Below, piece by piece: positions 46,243 through 56,335 of a stretch of 64,000 nucleotides of DNA (the first letter of the stretch is position 1; every line of letters starts with the position of its first letter). Made by a program: the position numbers and the translations under genes. The stretch lies in assembly GCA_020353235.1 (NCBI GenBank), contig CP070693.1, positions 644,343 through 708,342 of the forward strand, read 5' to 3'. The notes under the pieces were generated by a model. The model saw nothing but the letters and a program-made list of their open reading frames with translations, ran no database searches and was not told the DNA's origin. This stretch comes from Dehalococcoidia bacterium. GTDB taxonomy: Bacteria; Chloroflexota; Dehalococcoidia; Dehalococcoidales; JAUYDJ01.

Positions 46243-47212
46243 ATCTTATCCTCGGGTCAAGATAGGTATAGGTGATATCGGTAATAAGGTTAATCATCAA
46301 AATCAGGAAAGCCGCAATCAGGGTTATCGCCACCACCACCGCATAATCGTCGGCAAAGATGGCATTAAAAGAAATCCGTCCCAGCCCGGGGATGCCAAAG
46401 ACAATCTCAGTGAGATAGGCACCGCCGAAGACAATGCTGCCCAAATCAAACATGATGATGGTAATCAGGGGCAGAATGGCGTTGCGGAAGACATGCTTAC
46501 CGATGACCGTCCTTTCCGGCAGCCCTTTCGCCCGGGCGGTGCGGACGAATTCTTTGCGCAGGTTATCCAACATCGCCGAGCGGGTATAGCGGGTATAGCC
46601 GGCGAGCATGCCGGTGCCGAGGGTAATCACGGGTAGAATCAGCTGCTTTAGATTGGCTAAAGAAAAGAGGGGCAGGCTGGTATCATAGTAGGTCTTGAAC
46701 AGCCCGAATTGTACCGCAAAGAGCAGAATGAGCATCACCCCCAGCCAGAAATTGGGGATAGAGATGCCGATAAAAGAGAAAAAAGTGGCAATATAATCGG
46801 TCCTGCTGTACTGCCTGACCGCCGAATAGATGCCAATTAAGATGCCGATTATACCGGCAAAGATAGAGCTCAGCAGAATCAGCTGGAAGGAATAAATCCA
46901 GTGGGTCTGAATTAATTCTATGACCGGCATTGAGGTGCTGAAAGACCAGCCCCAATCGCCCTGCACCAGATTGCCGATATAATTTAAATACTGCGCATAT
47001 ATCGGCTGGTCAAGCCCGTATCTTGCCTCAACGGCGGCAATCACCTGCGCCGCATCCTGCCCGCGGGCGGCCAGATTGGCCAGATACTTATCTGCCGGTG
47101 AAGTGGGGCCGATCCTGACCAGGACAAAGGTGACGGTCAGTATTCCCCAGGCGATGATTATGGCGTAGAGCAGCCGCCTGATAATGTAGTCTCTCAGCCA
47201 GGTCTTCTTCAT
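46235..47212 (-). CDS. ABC transporter permease (OppB/DppB-like)
   Basis: MKKTWLRDYIIRRLL... N-terminus typical of OppB/DppB, with an EAA loop (FVRTARAKGLPERTVIGKHVFRNA). Confidence 0.9.
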   Translation of the reverse strand: MKKTWLRDYIIRRLLYAIIIAWGILTVTFVLVRIGPTSPADKYLANLAARGQDAAQVIAAVEARYGLDQPIYAQYLNYIGNLVQGDWGWSFSTSMPVIELIQTHWIYSFQLILLSSIFAGIIGILIGIYSAVRQYSRTDYIATFFSFIGISIPNFWLGVMLILLFAVQFGLFKTYYDTSLPLFSLANLKQLILPVITLGTGMLAGYTRYTRSAMLDNLRKEFVRTARAKGLPERTVIGKHVFRNAILPLITIIMFDLGSIVFGGAYLTEIVFGIPGLGRISFNAIFADDYAVVVAITLIAAFLILMINLITDITYTYLDPRIRYD

Positions 47213-47244
47213 CGGTCTCAGCCGACCTCAATCCGGAAAAGGCG

Positions 47245-48960
47245 CTACTCAAAATACCACAGATGGTAGTTATAGCCCATATTTATGCCCGGCTCGAGCC
47301 CCCTAACATTGCTCTGGAAGCCGACATTAGCCAGCTGGAAGGCGAGGAAGTTCACCGGCTGTTCCTCGGACATAAGCACCGATAGTCCGGCATATACCTC
47401 CCGCCGCACCTCCTCGTCAAGGGCTTCTTTTGATTTCGCCTGCCGGAAGAGTCCATCAACCTGAGAGTTGAAAAAACCCCAGAAGTTCAAGCCTCCCTTG
47501 GTTGAGTAAAAGACGTCCGACCCCGAAGGCGATAGCGGGTGAGTGTTGAATAGTATCACCAGCATATCCCAGGGTTCCTCGCTGACCGCCCCGACACCGT
47601 TATTGTACCTCGGCTCCTGGTCGGTGCCCGGTATTTTATTCATCATGTACTTCCTGAGCTCGGTGGCCCAGGGCACAAACTTGAGCTCCACCTCGATGCC
47701 GATAGCAGCTAACTCCTCCTTAATCAGATGGCACACATCTTCGTTAACCTCGTTACCGGCATTGGTGACCAGAGTTAGCTTCAATGGCCTACCCTCTTCG
47801 TCCCTGACTTCAATATTGCCATCATCCCTCTTTACGGCATAACCCAGCTCAAGCAGTCTTTCTTGGGCCGCTTCTTTATCCAGCAACGACCCAACCCCGT
47901 ATTTAGCCAGGCCCTCATCCATATACCAAGGTGATGGCTTGGGGATGAAGCTGAAGGCAGGCTCACCAAAACCGTAGAGCACCTGCTCGACTATCAGTTC
48001 CTTGTCAATCGCCATTGATAGTGCCTGCCTGACTTCTCTCTGCTTCAGCCCCACCCAGCCGTTGTCCCGCTGGTTATAGGCGAGTAATAAATAGCTCCGG
48101 GTGGGCACGGTATAGACATTTAGCCAGTCCATCTCCCGGAACTTGCCCATCTTCTCCGGGTCAATGCCGGTGTAGGTAATGTCACCGGCTTCCAGGGCAG
48201 CGTGGAGGGTAGCCGCGGTACCGAATATCTTGATGGTGTACTGCTCAAAATAGGGGGCGCCGACATCTTTAGCGAGATAATATTCCGGGTTTCGCTCCAG
48301 GACAAACTTGTCGTTTCTAACCCACTCCAGAAATTTATATGGCCCCAGATTACCGGTATAGGTTAAGTTATTAAACTCGGGGGCCTCGGTAAAGGCCTTG
48401 ACATCGCCCTCATACTTAACGGCAATATATTTGGGATAGGGAGCCAGAGTGCGTACGTTATAGACAAATTCTGTGTCAACCGTCCGGCGGGTCAGGCTAA
48501 AAGTAGTCTCATCAACCACCTCGGCGGTGATAAAGACCGTTTCACCATCCACCTCTTCCTGCCAGTCACTTTTGTAGGGGTAGTTCAGCCAGTCAGAGAA
48601 CATCAGGTTCTCCAGGGTATAGACATAGTCCTCGGCGGTAACCGGGGAGCCATCACTCCACCTGAGGTCATTTCTGATGGTTACCGTATAGACCAGACCG
48701 TCTTCACTGACCTCAACGTCTCTAGCCGCACAGCGCAGCTGAATATCCCACTCATTATCATAGGCCACCAGTGAATCCACAGTATGTCCAGCATAGCCGA
48801 AGGAGGCGCTATCGGCGGCCAGAATCCAGTTGAGTGTTTCGGCGTCACCAGATGAGGTCCCCGAGATAAACACCCCGCTTGCCTCCTTAGCCAGCTGGCA
48901 GGAACAAGCGAGCAGGCTCATCGCCACCAAGAAAAAGGCCAGGATTTTTAATTTTGTCAT
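47245..48960 (-). CDS. ABC transporter substrate-binding lipoprotein, family 5 (peptide/nickel)
   Basis: Lipoprotein signal (FFLVAMSLLACSC). It has SBP family-5 length and layout and is first in the 5-gene operon. Confidence 0.85.
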   Translation of the reverse strand: MTKLKILAFFLVAMSLLACSCQLAKEASGVFISGTSSGDAETLNWILAADSASFGYAGHTVDSLVAYDNEWDIQLRCAARDVEVSEDGLVYTVTIRNDLRWSDGSPVTAEDYVYTLENLMFSDWLNYPYKSDWQEEVDGETVFITAEVVDETTFSLTRRTVDTEFVYNVRTLAPYPKYIAVKYEGDVKAFTEAPEFNNLTYTGNLGPYKFLEWVRNDKFVLERNPEYYLAKDVGAPYFEQYTIKIFGTAATLHAALEAGDITYTGIDPEKMGKFREMDWLNVYTVPTRSYLLLAYNQRDNGWVGLKQREVRQALSMAIDKELIVEQVLYGFGEPAFSFIPKPSPWYMDEGLAKYGVGSLLDKEAAQERLLELGYAVKRDDGNIEVRDEEGRPLKLTLVTNAGNEVNEDVCHLIKEELAAIGIEVELKFVPWATELRKYMMNKIPGTDQEPRYNNGVGAVSEEPWDMLVILFNTHPLSPSGSDVFYSTKGGLNFWGFFNSQVDGLFRQAKSKEALDEEVRREVYAGLSVLMSEEQPVNFLAFQLANVGFQSNVRGLEPGINMGYNYHLWYFE

Positions 48961-49099
48961 TTCCCGTCCCCCTTCCTGAGCTCCCCACTCCGCCTCAGCC
49001 CCCTATTATAAATCAATCAGGGCTTAATTACACGCCTCTCAGGTTGAAGAGGCAGGGCAGATTAGTGTAGAATTTACCCACATTCATGAAGGGTATGTG

Positions 49100-50338
49100 A
49101 TGAGAGTCCAGAGATGCAAAGGAATGCGCGACCTCTCCCCCGCCGAAATGAAGGTATTTGGCCAGATTGAGGGGCTATTCCGGGACATCTGTCTTAAATG
49201 GGGATACCAAGAGGTCAGGACGCCAACCATTGAGTCTCTCCACCTGTTTACCTCCACCGGAACGCTTACCCCGGGTATGCTGGGCAAGGTGTATTCCTTC
49301 CTGGACTGGGACGGCTGGAGCGGGGAACGGGTGGTGTTGCGACCGGATGGTACCATTCCGGTGGCCCGTTTTTACATCGACAGTATGGCGGATAAGGGGC
49401 TGGCCAAGCTCTTCTATATCACCAACACCTTTATTTTTGAAGAGACCGGCAAAGAGAACCGGGAGAAATGGCAGAGTGGAGCGGAACTAATCGGGGTGAA
49501 GTCAGTCACCGCCGATGTGGAGCTGGTCATACTAGCCTTAGAAGTCTTACAGAGTCTGGGCATTGAAGGGGTGGAGTTAAGGCTATCGCATGCCGGCATC
49601 ATCAGGGCGCTGCTCACCCGGCTCGGCTTAAGCGCTGAGGAGCAAGCCACGCTCTTTGACCAGATTCTGGAGGGGAATACCCGGGCGCTGGCCCGGCTAA
49701 AGCCTGGCGACGGCGGGCAGAAAGAAGCCCTCACCCTCTTGCTCGAGCGTAAAGAAAAGTCAACCCGATTTCTGCGGGAGGTAAAGGCGCTCTCGCCAGA
49801 ACTTGAGCGCCCGCTTAACAATTTAATCAAAGCGGCCGAACTGCTAGAGGCTCTGGGCTATGACTACCTGATTGATATTGCCTCCGGGCGGGGGTTTGAG
49901 TACTACACCGGTGTCATCTTTCAGCTCTCCGTCGGCAATAAGAAGATAGGCGGCGGGGGGCGGTATGATGCCCTCATCCCGCTGATGGGCGGTAAAGACG
50001 TCCCGGCCTCCGGTTTTGCCCTTTACCTGAACCAGCTGATGAAGCTGTTGAAGCCCAAAACGGAGCTGAAAACATCAGGCAGAAAGATATTAATCAGGGC
50101 TAAAGCTGACCTGCCGGAGATACTAACCGAAGGCTTCAAGCTGGCTAAAAGCCTCCATGGAGCTGGCTACAGTGCTGAAATCCAGCTCGGCGATGAGGCG
50201 CCGGCTGATTTGAGGTGGACGATTGAAATTCAGGACAAAGCACCCCGGTTTAGGCTGACTGACCGGGCTAAAAAGAAGCATTTTTCGGCGCCGTCAAGCG
50301 CTGAGATTCAGCAATTACTGGACAAAGAGAGTGAGTAG
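49100..50338 (+). CDS. hisZ: ATP phosphoribosyltransferase regulatory subunit HisZ (HisRS paralogue)
   Basis: HisRS-like fold (KGMRDL, GGGGRYDAL), but HisRS motif 2 is degenerate (FIFEETGKENREKWQ in place of FRYERPQxGRxRxF). It lies immediately upstream of hisG. Confidence 0.75.
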   Translation: MRVQRCKGMRDLSPAEMKVFGQIEGLFRDICLKWGYQEVRTPTIESLHLFTSTGTLTPGMLGKVYSFLDWDGWSGERVVLRPDGTIPVARFYIDSMADKGLAKLFYITNTFIFEETGKENREKWQSGAELIGVKSVTADVELVILALEVLQSLGIEGVELRLSHAGIIRALLTRLGLSAEEQATLFDQILEGNTRALARLKPGDGGQKEALTLLLERKEKSTRFLREVKALSPELERPLNNLIKAAELLEALGYDYLIDIASGRGFEYYTGVIFQLSVGNKKIGGGGRYDALIPLMGGKDVPASGFALYLNQLMKLLKPKTELKTSGRKILIRAKADLPEILTEGFKLAKSLHGAGYSAEIQLGDEAPADLRWTIEIQDKAPRFRLTDRAKKKHFSAPSSAEIQQLLDKESE

Positions 50339-50340
50339 AA

Positions 50341-51741
50341 GTGTCAATAAAAATAGCGTTGCCCAAGGGGCGTCTTCTGGCGGAGACCGCCCGCCGGCTG
50401 CAGCTGGCTGACCTGGGACTGGCCGGTTACTACCCCAAAACCCGCCTTTACCGCCTCACCTCCGAAAGATATCCTGACCTCTTTGCCAAGATATTCCACG
50501 AAAAGGATATCCCGATTCAGGTAGCGGTGGGCAACTATGATTTGGGTATCTGCGGGCTGGACTGGGTGGAAGAGCTGCTGGCCAAGTATCCGAGCTCGGC
50601 TCTGGTCAAAATCAGCAATTTAGGCTACGGCGAGGGCGGGCTGTACATGATGACCAGCCGCGCTGGCGGAGCACCCACGCTGAAAGACGCTCCGGCCAAG
50701 ATGAATACCATACGTATTGCCAGCGAGTACCCCAATCTGGCGGAAGCCTTTGCCCTGAGTAACCGGCTGAGGCGGTTCAGCGTCTTCCCCCTGTGGGGCG
50801 GAGCCGAGGTCTACCCGCCGGAAAATGCCGAGATGGCACTGGTCTCAAGAAGAAAGGGAGAGCCGCTGAGTAATGACCTGGTGCCCCTGAGTGAACTTAT
50901 GGGCTTCAGCGCCTTCCTGATTGCCAACCAGGCCAGCTGGGAAGAGAAAGACCTGAGTGAGATAACCTCGGCTATTGAGAGGGCAGTTTTGCCACCGCTT
51001 GAAGAAGAGACGCCTGCGGTGGCCAGCACTGGAACGCCGGTGCCCTACCCGGTTGGGGACACTGTGCGGCTGGCTATACCCGATGGACACCAGCAGCCGC
51101 CCACCCGGCAGCTACTCGATAAAGCCGGCATACAGGTTGATGATTACCCCTCGGCATCAGGCAACCGCCGCCCGACCACCAGCCTAGGCGGGGTCAGTAT
51201 CAAGGTAATCAGGCCCCAAGATATGCCGCTGCAGGTCGCCAACGGCAATTTTGACCTGGCCATTACCGGCCGGGACTGGCTCAGGGAGCACCGCTACCAG
51301 TTTCCCTCCAGCCCGGCGGTGGAGCTGCTCGACCTCAAATCGGGGCGGGTAAAAATAGTGGCCGTAGTCAGCCAAGACTTGCCGGTAAATGATAGCCGCG
51401 ATTTGCGGCAACTCAGCAACGGCGGCGAGAGCGGGCTGAGGGTGGCTTCAGAGTACGTCAATATTGCCGATAAGTATGCCCGCGACAACCACCTCGGCCG
51501 CTACCGGGTGGTGCCTACCTGGGGGGCCAGCGAAGCCTTTCTGCCCGAGGATGCCGACTTGCTGATTGAGAATACCGAGACCGGGCAGACCCTGGCCCGG
51601 CACAAGCTTAAAATTATTGATAATCTTTTTGAGTCGACTGCCTGTCTCATTGGCCGCAAAGACAGCGCTCGCTCTAAAAAGGGTGAAAAGATAAAGGCAA
51701 TCAGGGAAATACTGAGAGACGCCGTGGAGGAAGACAAATGA
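50341..51741 (+). CDS. hisG: ATP phosphoribosyltransferase HisG: tandem fusion of two short-form HisG modules (466 aa)
   Basis: Module 1 (aa 1-215) has KIALPKGRL and DIPIQVAVGNYDLGICGLDW, but its PRPP loop is degenerate (EMALVSRRKGEPLSNDL). Module 2 (aa 241-466) has RLAIPDG and DMPLQVANGNFDLAITGRDW, with a canonical PRPP loop (DLLIENTETGQTLARHKL). Confidence 0.85.
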   Translation: MSIKIALPKGRLLAETARRLQLADLGLAGYYPKTRLYRLTSERYPDLFAKIFHEKDIPIQVAVGNYDLGICGLDWVEELLAKYPSSALVKISNLGYGEGGLYMMTSRAGGAPTLKDAPAKMNTIRIASEYPNLAEAFALSNRLRRFSVFPLWGGAEVYPPENAEMALVSRRKGEPLSNDLVPLSELMGFSAFLIANQASWEEKDLSEITSAIERAVLPPLEEETPAVASTGTPVPYPVGDTVRLAIPDGHQQPPTRQLLDKAGIQVDDYPSASGNRRPTTSLGGVSIKVIRPQDMPLQVANGNFDLAITGRDWLREHRYQFPSSPAVELLDLKSGRVKIVAVVSQDLPVNDSRDLRQLSNGGESGLRVASEYVNIADKYARDNHLGRYRVVPTWGASEAFLPEDADLLIENTETGQTLARHKLKIIDNLFESTACLIGRKDSARSKKGEKIKAIREILRDAVEEDK

Positions 51742-53060
51742 AAATCATTACCGGCTTGGCTCAAGCCAGAAGCCTGCTGTCCCGGGAGCTCCCCAGCGGA
51801 CTATACCCGATTTCAGATGAGTTAAAGCGAAGTCTAAAGAAGATGTTTGGCACCGAGGACCCGGAGCAGGCGGTACGCATAATCATTGCTGAGGTGCGCC
51901 GCAACGGCGACGCCGCCCTCTTTGAATATACCGCCGCGATAGATGGCATGAAGCTCGCCTCGCTGGAGATAAGCCGGGAGCAGATAGCCGACGCCTATAA
52001 GAATGTGGATAAAGAGCTACTCGCTGCCCTAAAGCTGGCGGCAGAGCGAATCGAGGCGTTTCACCGCACCCAGAAGAAAAGTATGTGGCACGAAGTCACC
52101 AAAGACGGACTGGAGCAAAAAATACGCCCCTTGGAGCGCATCGGCGCCTATGTTCCCGGCGGCACCGCCGCCTATCCCTCAACGGTGCTGATGACGGCGA
52201 TACCGGCTAAAGTAGCCGGGGTGAAAGAGGTCATTCTGGCTACCCCACCCCGGGGTGCAGGAGCTATCCCCGCCCCCAATCTGGTGGCGGCGGATATTGC
52301 CCAAGTTGACCGTATCTTCGGCGTCGGCGGCGCCCAGGCAGTAGCCGCGCTGGCCTACGGCACCGAATCTATACCCAAGGTGGATAAAATCTGCGGGCCG
52401 GGCAATATCTTTGTCACGCTGGCCAAAAAGCTGGCCTTCGGGGCGGTTGATATTGATGGACTGCAGGGGCCAAGCGAGGTCTTGATTATCGCTGATGAGA
52501 CGGCTGATCCCGAATACCGGGCGGCCGACCTCTTAGCCCAGGCGGAGCATGACCCGTTAGCCTCAGCTATCTTGGTAACCGATTCCGCCAAGCTGGCCCA
52601 AGAGGTCAACCGGGAGGTAGACAAGCAGCTAAAAGAGCTGAGCCGGCGCGAGATTGCCGCCGAATCTTTAGAAACCACCGGCACGATAGTGGTGGTGGCT
52701 AATCTAGACGAAGCGGTTGAGCTAGCCAATCTCTATGCCCCGGAGCACCTCTGCCTAGTGGTAAAGAAGACAGACGCCTATAAAGACCGCATCGTCAATG
52801 CCGGCTGTATTTACGTCGGGGAAAGCTCAGCGACGGTGCTGGGTGATTATGTCGCCGGGACCAACCATGCCCTGCCCACCAGCGGCACGGCCAAGTTTAG
52901 CTCGCCACTCAATATTATTGATTTTATGAAGCTGACCAACCTGGTGACCATAGATAAAGCCAACTTAAAAAAGCTGGGCCCAGCCGCGGCTATCATCGCC
53001 CGCGCCGAGGGCTTTGAGGCTCACGCCAAGGCAGTGGAAAAAAGACTAGAAACAGGTTAA
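51738..53060 (+). CDS. hisD: Histidinol dehydrogenase HisD
   Basis: GAYVPGGTAAYPSTVLM, CGPGNIFV, AGPSEVLIIAD-like (QGPSEVLIIAD) and AEHDP. There is an ATGA overlap with hisG. Confidence 0.95.
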   Translation: MKIITGLAQARSLLSRELPSGLYPISDELKRSLKKMFGTEDPEQAVRIIIAEVRRNGDAALFEYTAAIDGMKLASLEISREQIADAYKNVDKELLAALKLAAERIEAFHRTQKKSMWHEVTKDGLEQKIRPLERIGAYVPGGTAAYPSTVLMTAIPAKVAGVKEVILATPPRGAGAIPAPNLVAADIAQVDRIFGVGGAQAVAALAYGTESIPKVDKICGPGNIFVTLAKKLAFGAVDIDGLQGPSEVLIIADETADPEYRAADLLAQAEHDPLASAILVTDSAKLAQEVNREVDKQLKELSRREIAAESLETTGTIVVVANLDEAVELANLYAPEHLCLVVKKTDAYKDRIVNAGCIYVGESSATVLGDYVAGTNHALPTSGTAKFSSPLNIIDFMKLTNLVTIDKANLKKLGPAAAIIARAEGFEAHAKAVEKRLETG

Positions 53061-53089
53061 GCTATTTATCTTAGGAGGTAGCTTCTTTC

Positions 53090-54187
53090 GTGAGTGAAGA
53101 AGGTATAGAGAAATTAATACGGCCCAATCTGGCTGCTTTGGGCGGCTACTCTGCCGCCAAATCGCCGCAGACACTAGCCAAGAAGATAGGCATCGCCGCC
53201 GAGAAGATTATCAAGCTGGATGCCAATGAGAATCCCTATGGCTGTTCGCCCCGGGTAAACAAGGCGCTGGCCAGCTATCCCTATTTAAGCACCTACCCCG
53301 ATGCCGGGCAGAGCGAGCTCAGGGAGTTGCTGGAGGGCTATACCGGCATTGATGCCGAAAATATTGTCGCCGGTAGCGGTAGCGATGAGCTGATTGACCT
53401 CATCCTACGCCTGTTTATCAAGCCGGGTGACGAAGTGATTAACTGCCCGCCTACTTTTGACATGTTTCGCTTCAGCACCCAGATAGGCGAGGGCACCCTG
53501 GTTGAAGTGCCCCGGGATGAAGACTTTGCCGTCAGCGTCAAGGCAGTCAAAGCGGCGATAACCAAAAAGACCAAGATAATCCTGCTGGCCAGCCCCAATA
53601 ACCCGACCGGGACGCTAACCCCGCGGCAGGACATTCTGGAGATACTGAAAATCGGGCTGCCGGTGGTGGTTGATGAAGCCTACTACGAGTTCAGTGGGGA
53701 GACGGTGGCACCGCTGGTCAAGCAGCATCCCAACCTGATGGTGCCGCGGACATTCAGCAAGTGGGCCGGGCTGGCCGGGCTGAGGGTGGGCTACGGCATC
53801 TTCCCGACCAAGATTGCCCGCTACCTGATGGCAATCAAGCCACCTTATAATGTCAACATGGCCGCCCTGGTGGCAGTGCGGGAGTCGCTGGTCGATGTCG
53901 ACTACCTGATGAGCACGGTCAAGAAGATAATCGCGGAAAGGGAGCGTCTCTTCGGCGAGCTCAAAAAGTTCAACTGGCTCAAACCCTTCCCCTCCCAGGC
54001 CAACTTCATTTTCGCCTCGGTGCTCAAGGGAGAAGCCAAGGAGCTTCAGCAGAAACTGCAGAGTAAGGGGATACTGATTCGCTACTTTGACCTGCCCTAC
54101 TGGCGGGACGGTGTCCGTATCAGCGTGGGCAAGCCCGAGCAGACCGACGCCCTCATCAAAGCGCTACAAGAAATAGGAGAAGAATAA
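53090..54187 (+). CDS. hisC: Histidinol-phosphate aminotransferase HisC
   Basis: KLDANENPYG, SPNNPTG and the RTFSKWAGLAGLRVGY PLP-lysine region. Confidence 0.9.
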   Translation: MSEEGIEKLIRPNLAALGGYSAAKSPQTLAKKIGIAAEKIIKLDANENPYGCSPRVNKALASYPYLSTYPDAGQSELRELLEGYTGIDAENIVAGSGSDELIDLILRLFIKPGDEVINCPPTFDMFRFSTQIGEGTLVEVPRDEDFAVSVKAVKAAITKKTKIILLASPNNPTGTLTPRQDILEILKIGLPVVVDEAYYEFSGETVAPLVKQHPNLMVPRTFSKWAGLAGLRVGYGIFPTKIARYLMAIKPPYNVNMAALVAVRESLVDVDYLMSTVKKIIAERERLFGELKKFNWLKPFPSQANFIFASVLKGEAKELQQKLQSKGILIRYFDLPYWRDGVRISVGKPEQTDALIKALQEIGEE

Positions 54188-54778
54188 ATGTCTAAGCGAC
54201 TTACCACCGTTAAAAGGGAGACCAAAGAAACCCAGATCAGCCTGGAGTTCAATCTTGACGGCAGCGGCCAATACCAGATAGCCACCGGGCTCAAGATGCT
54301 TGACCACCTGCTGTCCCAGCTGGCCCAGCACGGTCGGTTTGACCTCAAAATAGCTGCCCGCGGGGACGACTCCCACCACCTGATTGAAGATGTCGCCATC
54401 TGCCTAGGCAAAGCCTTTAACCAGGCGCTGGGGGAGAAGCGGGGCATCATCCGCATGGCCAATGCCTCAGTGCCTATGGATGACGCTCTAGCCACCGTAG
54501 CCGTGGACATCAGCGGGCGGGCCTATACCGTGCTTGAGCTACCCTTCGCCGGTAATGATATGGCCGGCTTTCCCACCGACCTTATCCGCCACTTCCTAGA
54601 GTCCTTAGCCATTGAAGCCAGGCTCAACCTGCACGTCAACATCGTCTACGGCACCAACGACCACCACAAGGCAGAAGCCTTGTTCAAAGCGCTGGGTAGA
54701 GCCCTGGATGTAGCCACCGGGGTTGATGCGCGCCTCTCTGGTGAACTGCCCAGCACCAAGAAGCGCCTGGAGCGCTAG
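54188..54778 (+). CDS. hisB: Imidazoleglycerol-phosphate dehydratase HisB
   Basis: [32 protein letters not shown] and [17 protein letters not shown] are IGPD signatures. Confidence 0.95.
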   Translation: MSKRLTTVKRETKETQISLEFNLDGSGQYQIATGLKMLDHLLSQLAQHGRFDLKIAARGDDSHHLIEDVAICLGKAFNQALGEKRGIIRMANASVPMDDALATVAVDISGRAYTVLELPFAGNDMAGFPTDLIRHFLESLAIEARLNLHVNIVYGTNDHHKAEALFKALGRALDVATGVDARLSGELPSTKKRLER

Positions 54779-55395
54779 CCCCCATAGGGGCAGGCAACCA
54801 GACACAGGTCGCAAGCCACCAGCTTACCAGCTTGCGGTAGGTTATCAAAGATTGCCAGACAGCGACCGGAGTCCGGCAGGTAGTAGGGCTCAATGATGCT
54901 CAGGGGGCAGGCATCAATACAGGCGGTGCAGCCCTGACATAAGGGGCTCTCTTGGCGGCTATTCCCTGCCGGGTTGGTCGGTGGCAGGATAACGCCTGAT
55001 ACCCTAACTGCCATGAAGCGCAGCCAGGGGCCGAACTTGGGGTGAATAACCAGGGAATTCTTGCCCCAACCGCCTATCCCGGCCACCACCGCCTGCTGCT
55101 TCAGGTTAAGTTTTTTGCCCTGGGGATAGCCGCACCGGCCGATTATTTGGGCGGCAAGTCCCTTTCCCTGAATAAAATCAACCAGCGCCTGAAGCTTGGG
55201 CAGGGCGTGAGCCTTAAAGCCACCCAGCTGGATAACCCCCCGCTTATTCCGGCCGAAATCATCCAGGTCACGCCTGGGGTTAGTGACCAGTCCCAGGATA
55301 AGCAGGCTATCGGCACCACAGAGGGTAACCCCGCAGACATCAAACAATTTTTGCGCCTGGGCAATGATCGCCTGCTCTACACTCATCAGGAACAT
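54775..55395 (-). CDS. Short QueG / reductive-dehalogenase-superfamily-like 4Fe-4S protein
   Basis: [26 protein letters not shown] matches the QueG core. It is followed by [12 protein letters not shown] and CDLCLVACP cluster motifs. At 206 aa it is far shorter than QueG. ATG 55395 overlaps the purC stop (TAATG); the track's longer form overlaps purC. Confidence 0.6.
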   Translation of the reverse strand: MFLMSVEQAIIAQAQKLFDVCGVTLCGADSLLILGLVTNPRRDLDDFGRNKRGVIQLGGFKAHALPKLQALVDFIQGKGLAAQIIGRCGYPQGKKLNLKQQAVVAGIGGWGKNSLVIHPKFGPWLRFMAVRVSGVILPPTNPAGNSRQESPLCQGCTACIDACPLSIIEPYYLPDSGRCLAIFDNLPQAGKLVACDLCLVACPYGG

Positions 55396-56321
55396 TACCT
55401 CAGCTTGCGGCCGGTCAGCCTCTGGTAAGCCTCGCGGTAGCGGGCGGTGGTCGCCGCGATGACCTCGGCGGGGAGCATGGGGACGGGGGACTCCTGGTTC
55501 CACCCCGAATTAACTAGCCAGTCGCGAACCGGCTGTTTATCATAGCTGGGCTGGGATTGCCCCACCTTGTACTGCGCCGCCTCCCAGAAGCGGCTTGAGT
55601 CCGGCGTCAGCAGCTCGTCAATTAAAATCACCTGATTATTATCCCGTCCGAACTCCATTTTGGTGTCAGCAATGATAATACCCTGGGCGAGAGCATAGCC
55701 GCAGGCATAGCTATAAACCGCCTGGCTTTTCTCCTCTAGCTCCTCGGCCAGCTTTGTCCCCACCAACTCCTTCAGTTCGTCCATCGTCAGCGGCAAGTCA
55801 TGCCCACTCTCCGCCTTGGTGGTCGGGGTAAATATCGGCTCGGCTAATTCCTGGCTCTGCTTCAGACCCTTAGCCAGGGGAATACCACAGACGCTGCCCT
55901 TTTCTTGATATTCCAGCCACGCCGAGCCGAAGAGATAACCGCGGACGACACACTCGACCGGGATGCGCTCGGCTTTCCGGACCACCATTGACCGCCCCAC
56001 CAGGTAATCGGGATAGGCGAAACGCTCCGCCTGGGAAAGATAGGTATCCAGTAAGCGGACATCATCAATCACTTCCACCAGGTGATTGGGCACCAGATTG
56101 GCCGTCTGCCGGAACCAGAAGAAGGAAAGCTGATTGAGCACCAAGCCCTTGTCTGGGATGCCGCAGGGCAGGACCAGGTCAAACGCCGAGATGCGGTCAG
56201 TGGCCACAATGAGCAGCAGGTTGCCCAGCTCATAGGTATCGCGCACCTTACCCCGGAAGAAGGGGGGCAGGGGCAGCTCCGTCTTCAGTAAAACCTCCGA
56301 GCCGTTACTCATCAACGCCAT
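55395..56321 (-). CDS. purC: SAICAR synthetase PurC (long form)
   Basis: GKVRDTYELGNLLLIVATDRISAFD, ECVVRGYLFGS and ADTKMEFG are PurC motifs. Confidence 0.95.
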   Translation of the reverse strand: MALMSNGSEVLLKTELPLPPFFRGKVRDTYELGNLLLIVATDRISAFDLVLPCGIPDKGLVLNQLSFFWFRQTANLVPNHLVEVIDDVRLLDTYLSQAERFAYPDYLVGRSMVVRKAERIPVECVVRGYLFGSAWLEYQEKGSVCGIPLAKGLKQSQELAEPIFTPTTKAESGHDLPLTMDELKELVGTKLAEELEEKSQAVYSYACGYALAQGIIIADTKMEFGRDNNQVILIDELLTPDSSRFWEAAQYKVGQSQPSYDKQPVRDWLVNSGWNQESPVPMLPAEVIAATTARYREAYQRLTGRKLR

Positions 56322-56335
56322 TTCGCCTAACTGAC

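Noticed and set aside
48961-49096. T-box or His-leader-peptide attenuator upstream of hisZ
   Set aside because: The 136-nt spacer is too short for a T-box. The only mini-ORF (ATG AAG GGT ATG TGA) contains no His codons, and no terminator/antiterminator pair is evident.
54775-55503. The 242-aa form of the QueG-like ORF
   Set aside because: The N-terminal 36 residues (MEPGVPRPHAPRRGHRGDH...) overlap the purC 3' end out of frame. ATG 55395 in the TAATG coupling arrangement is far more plausible.
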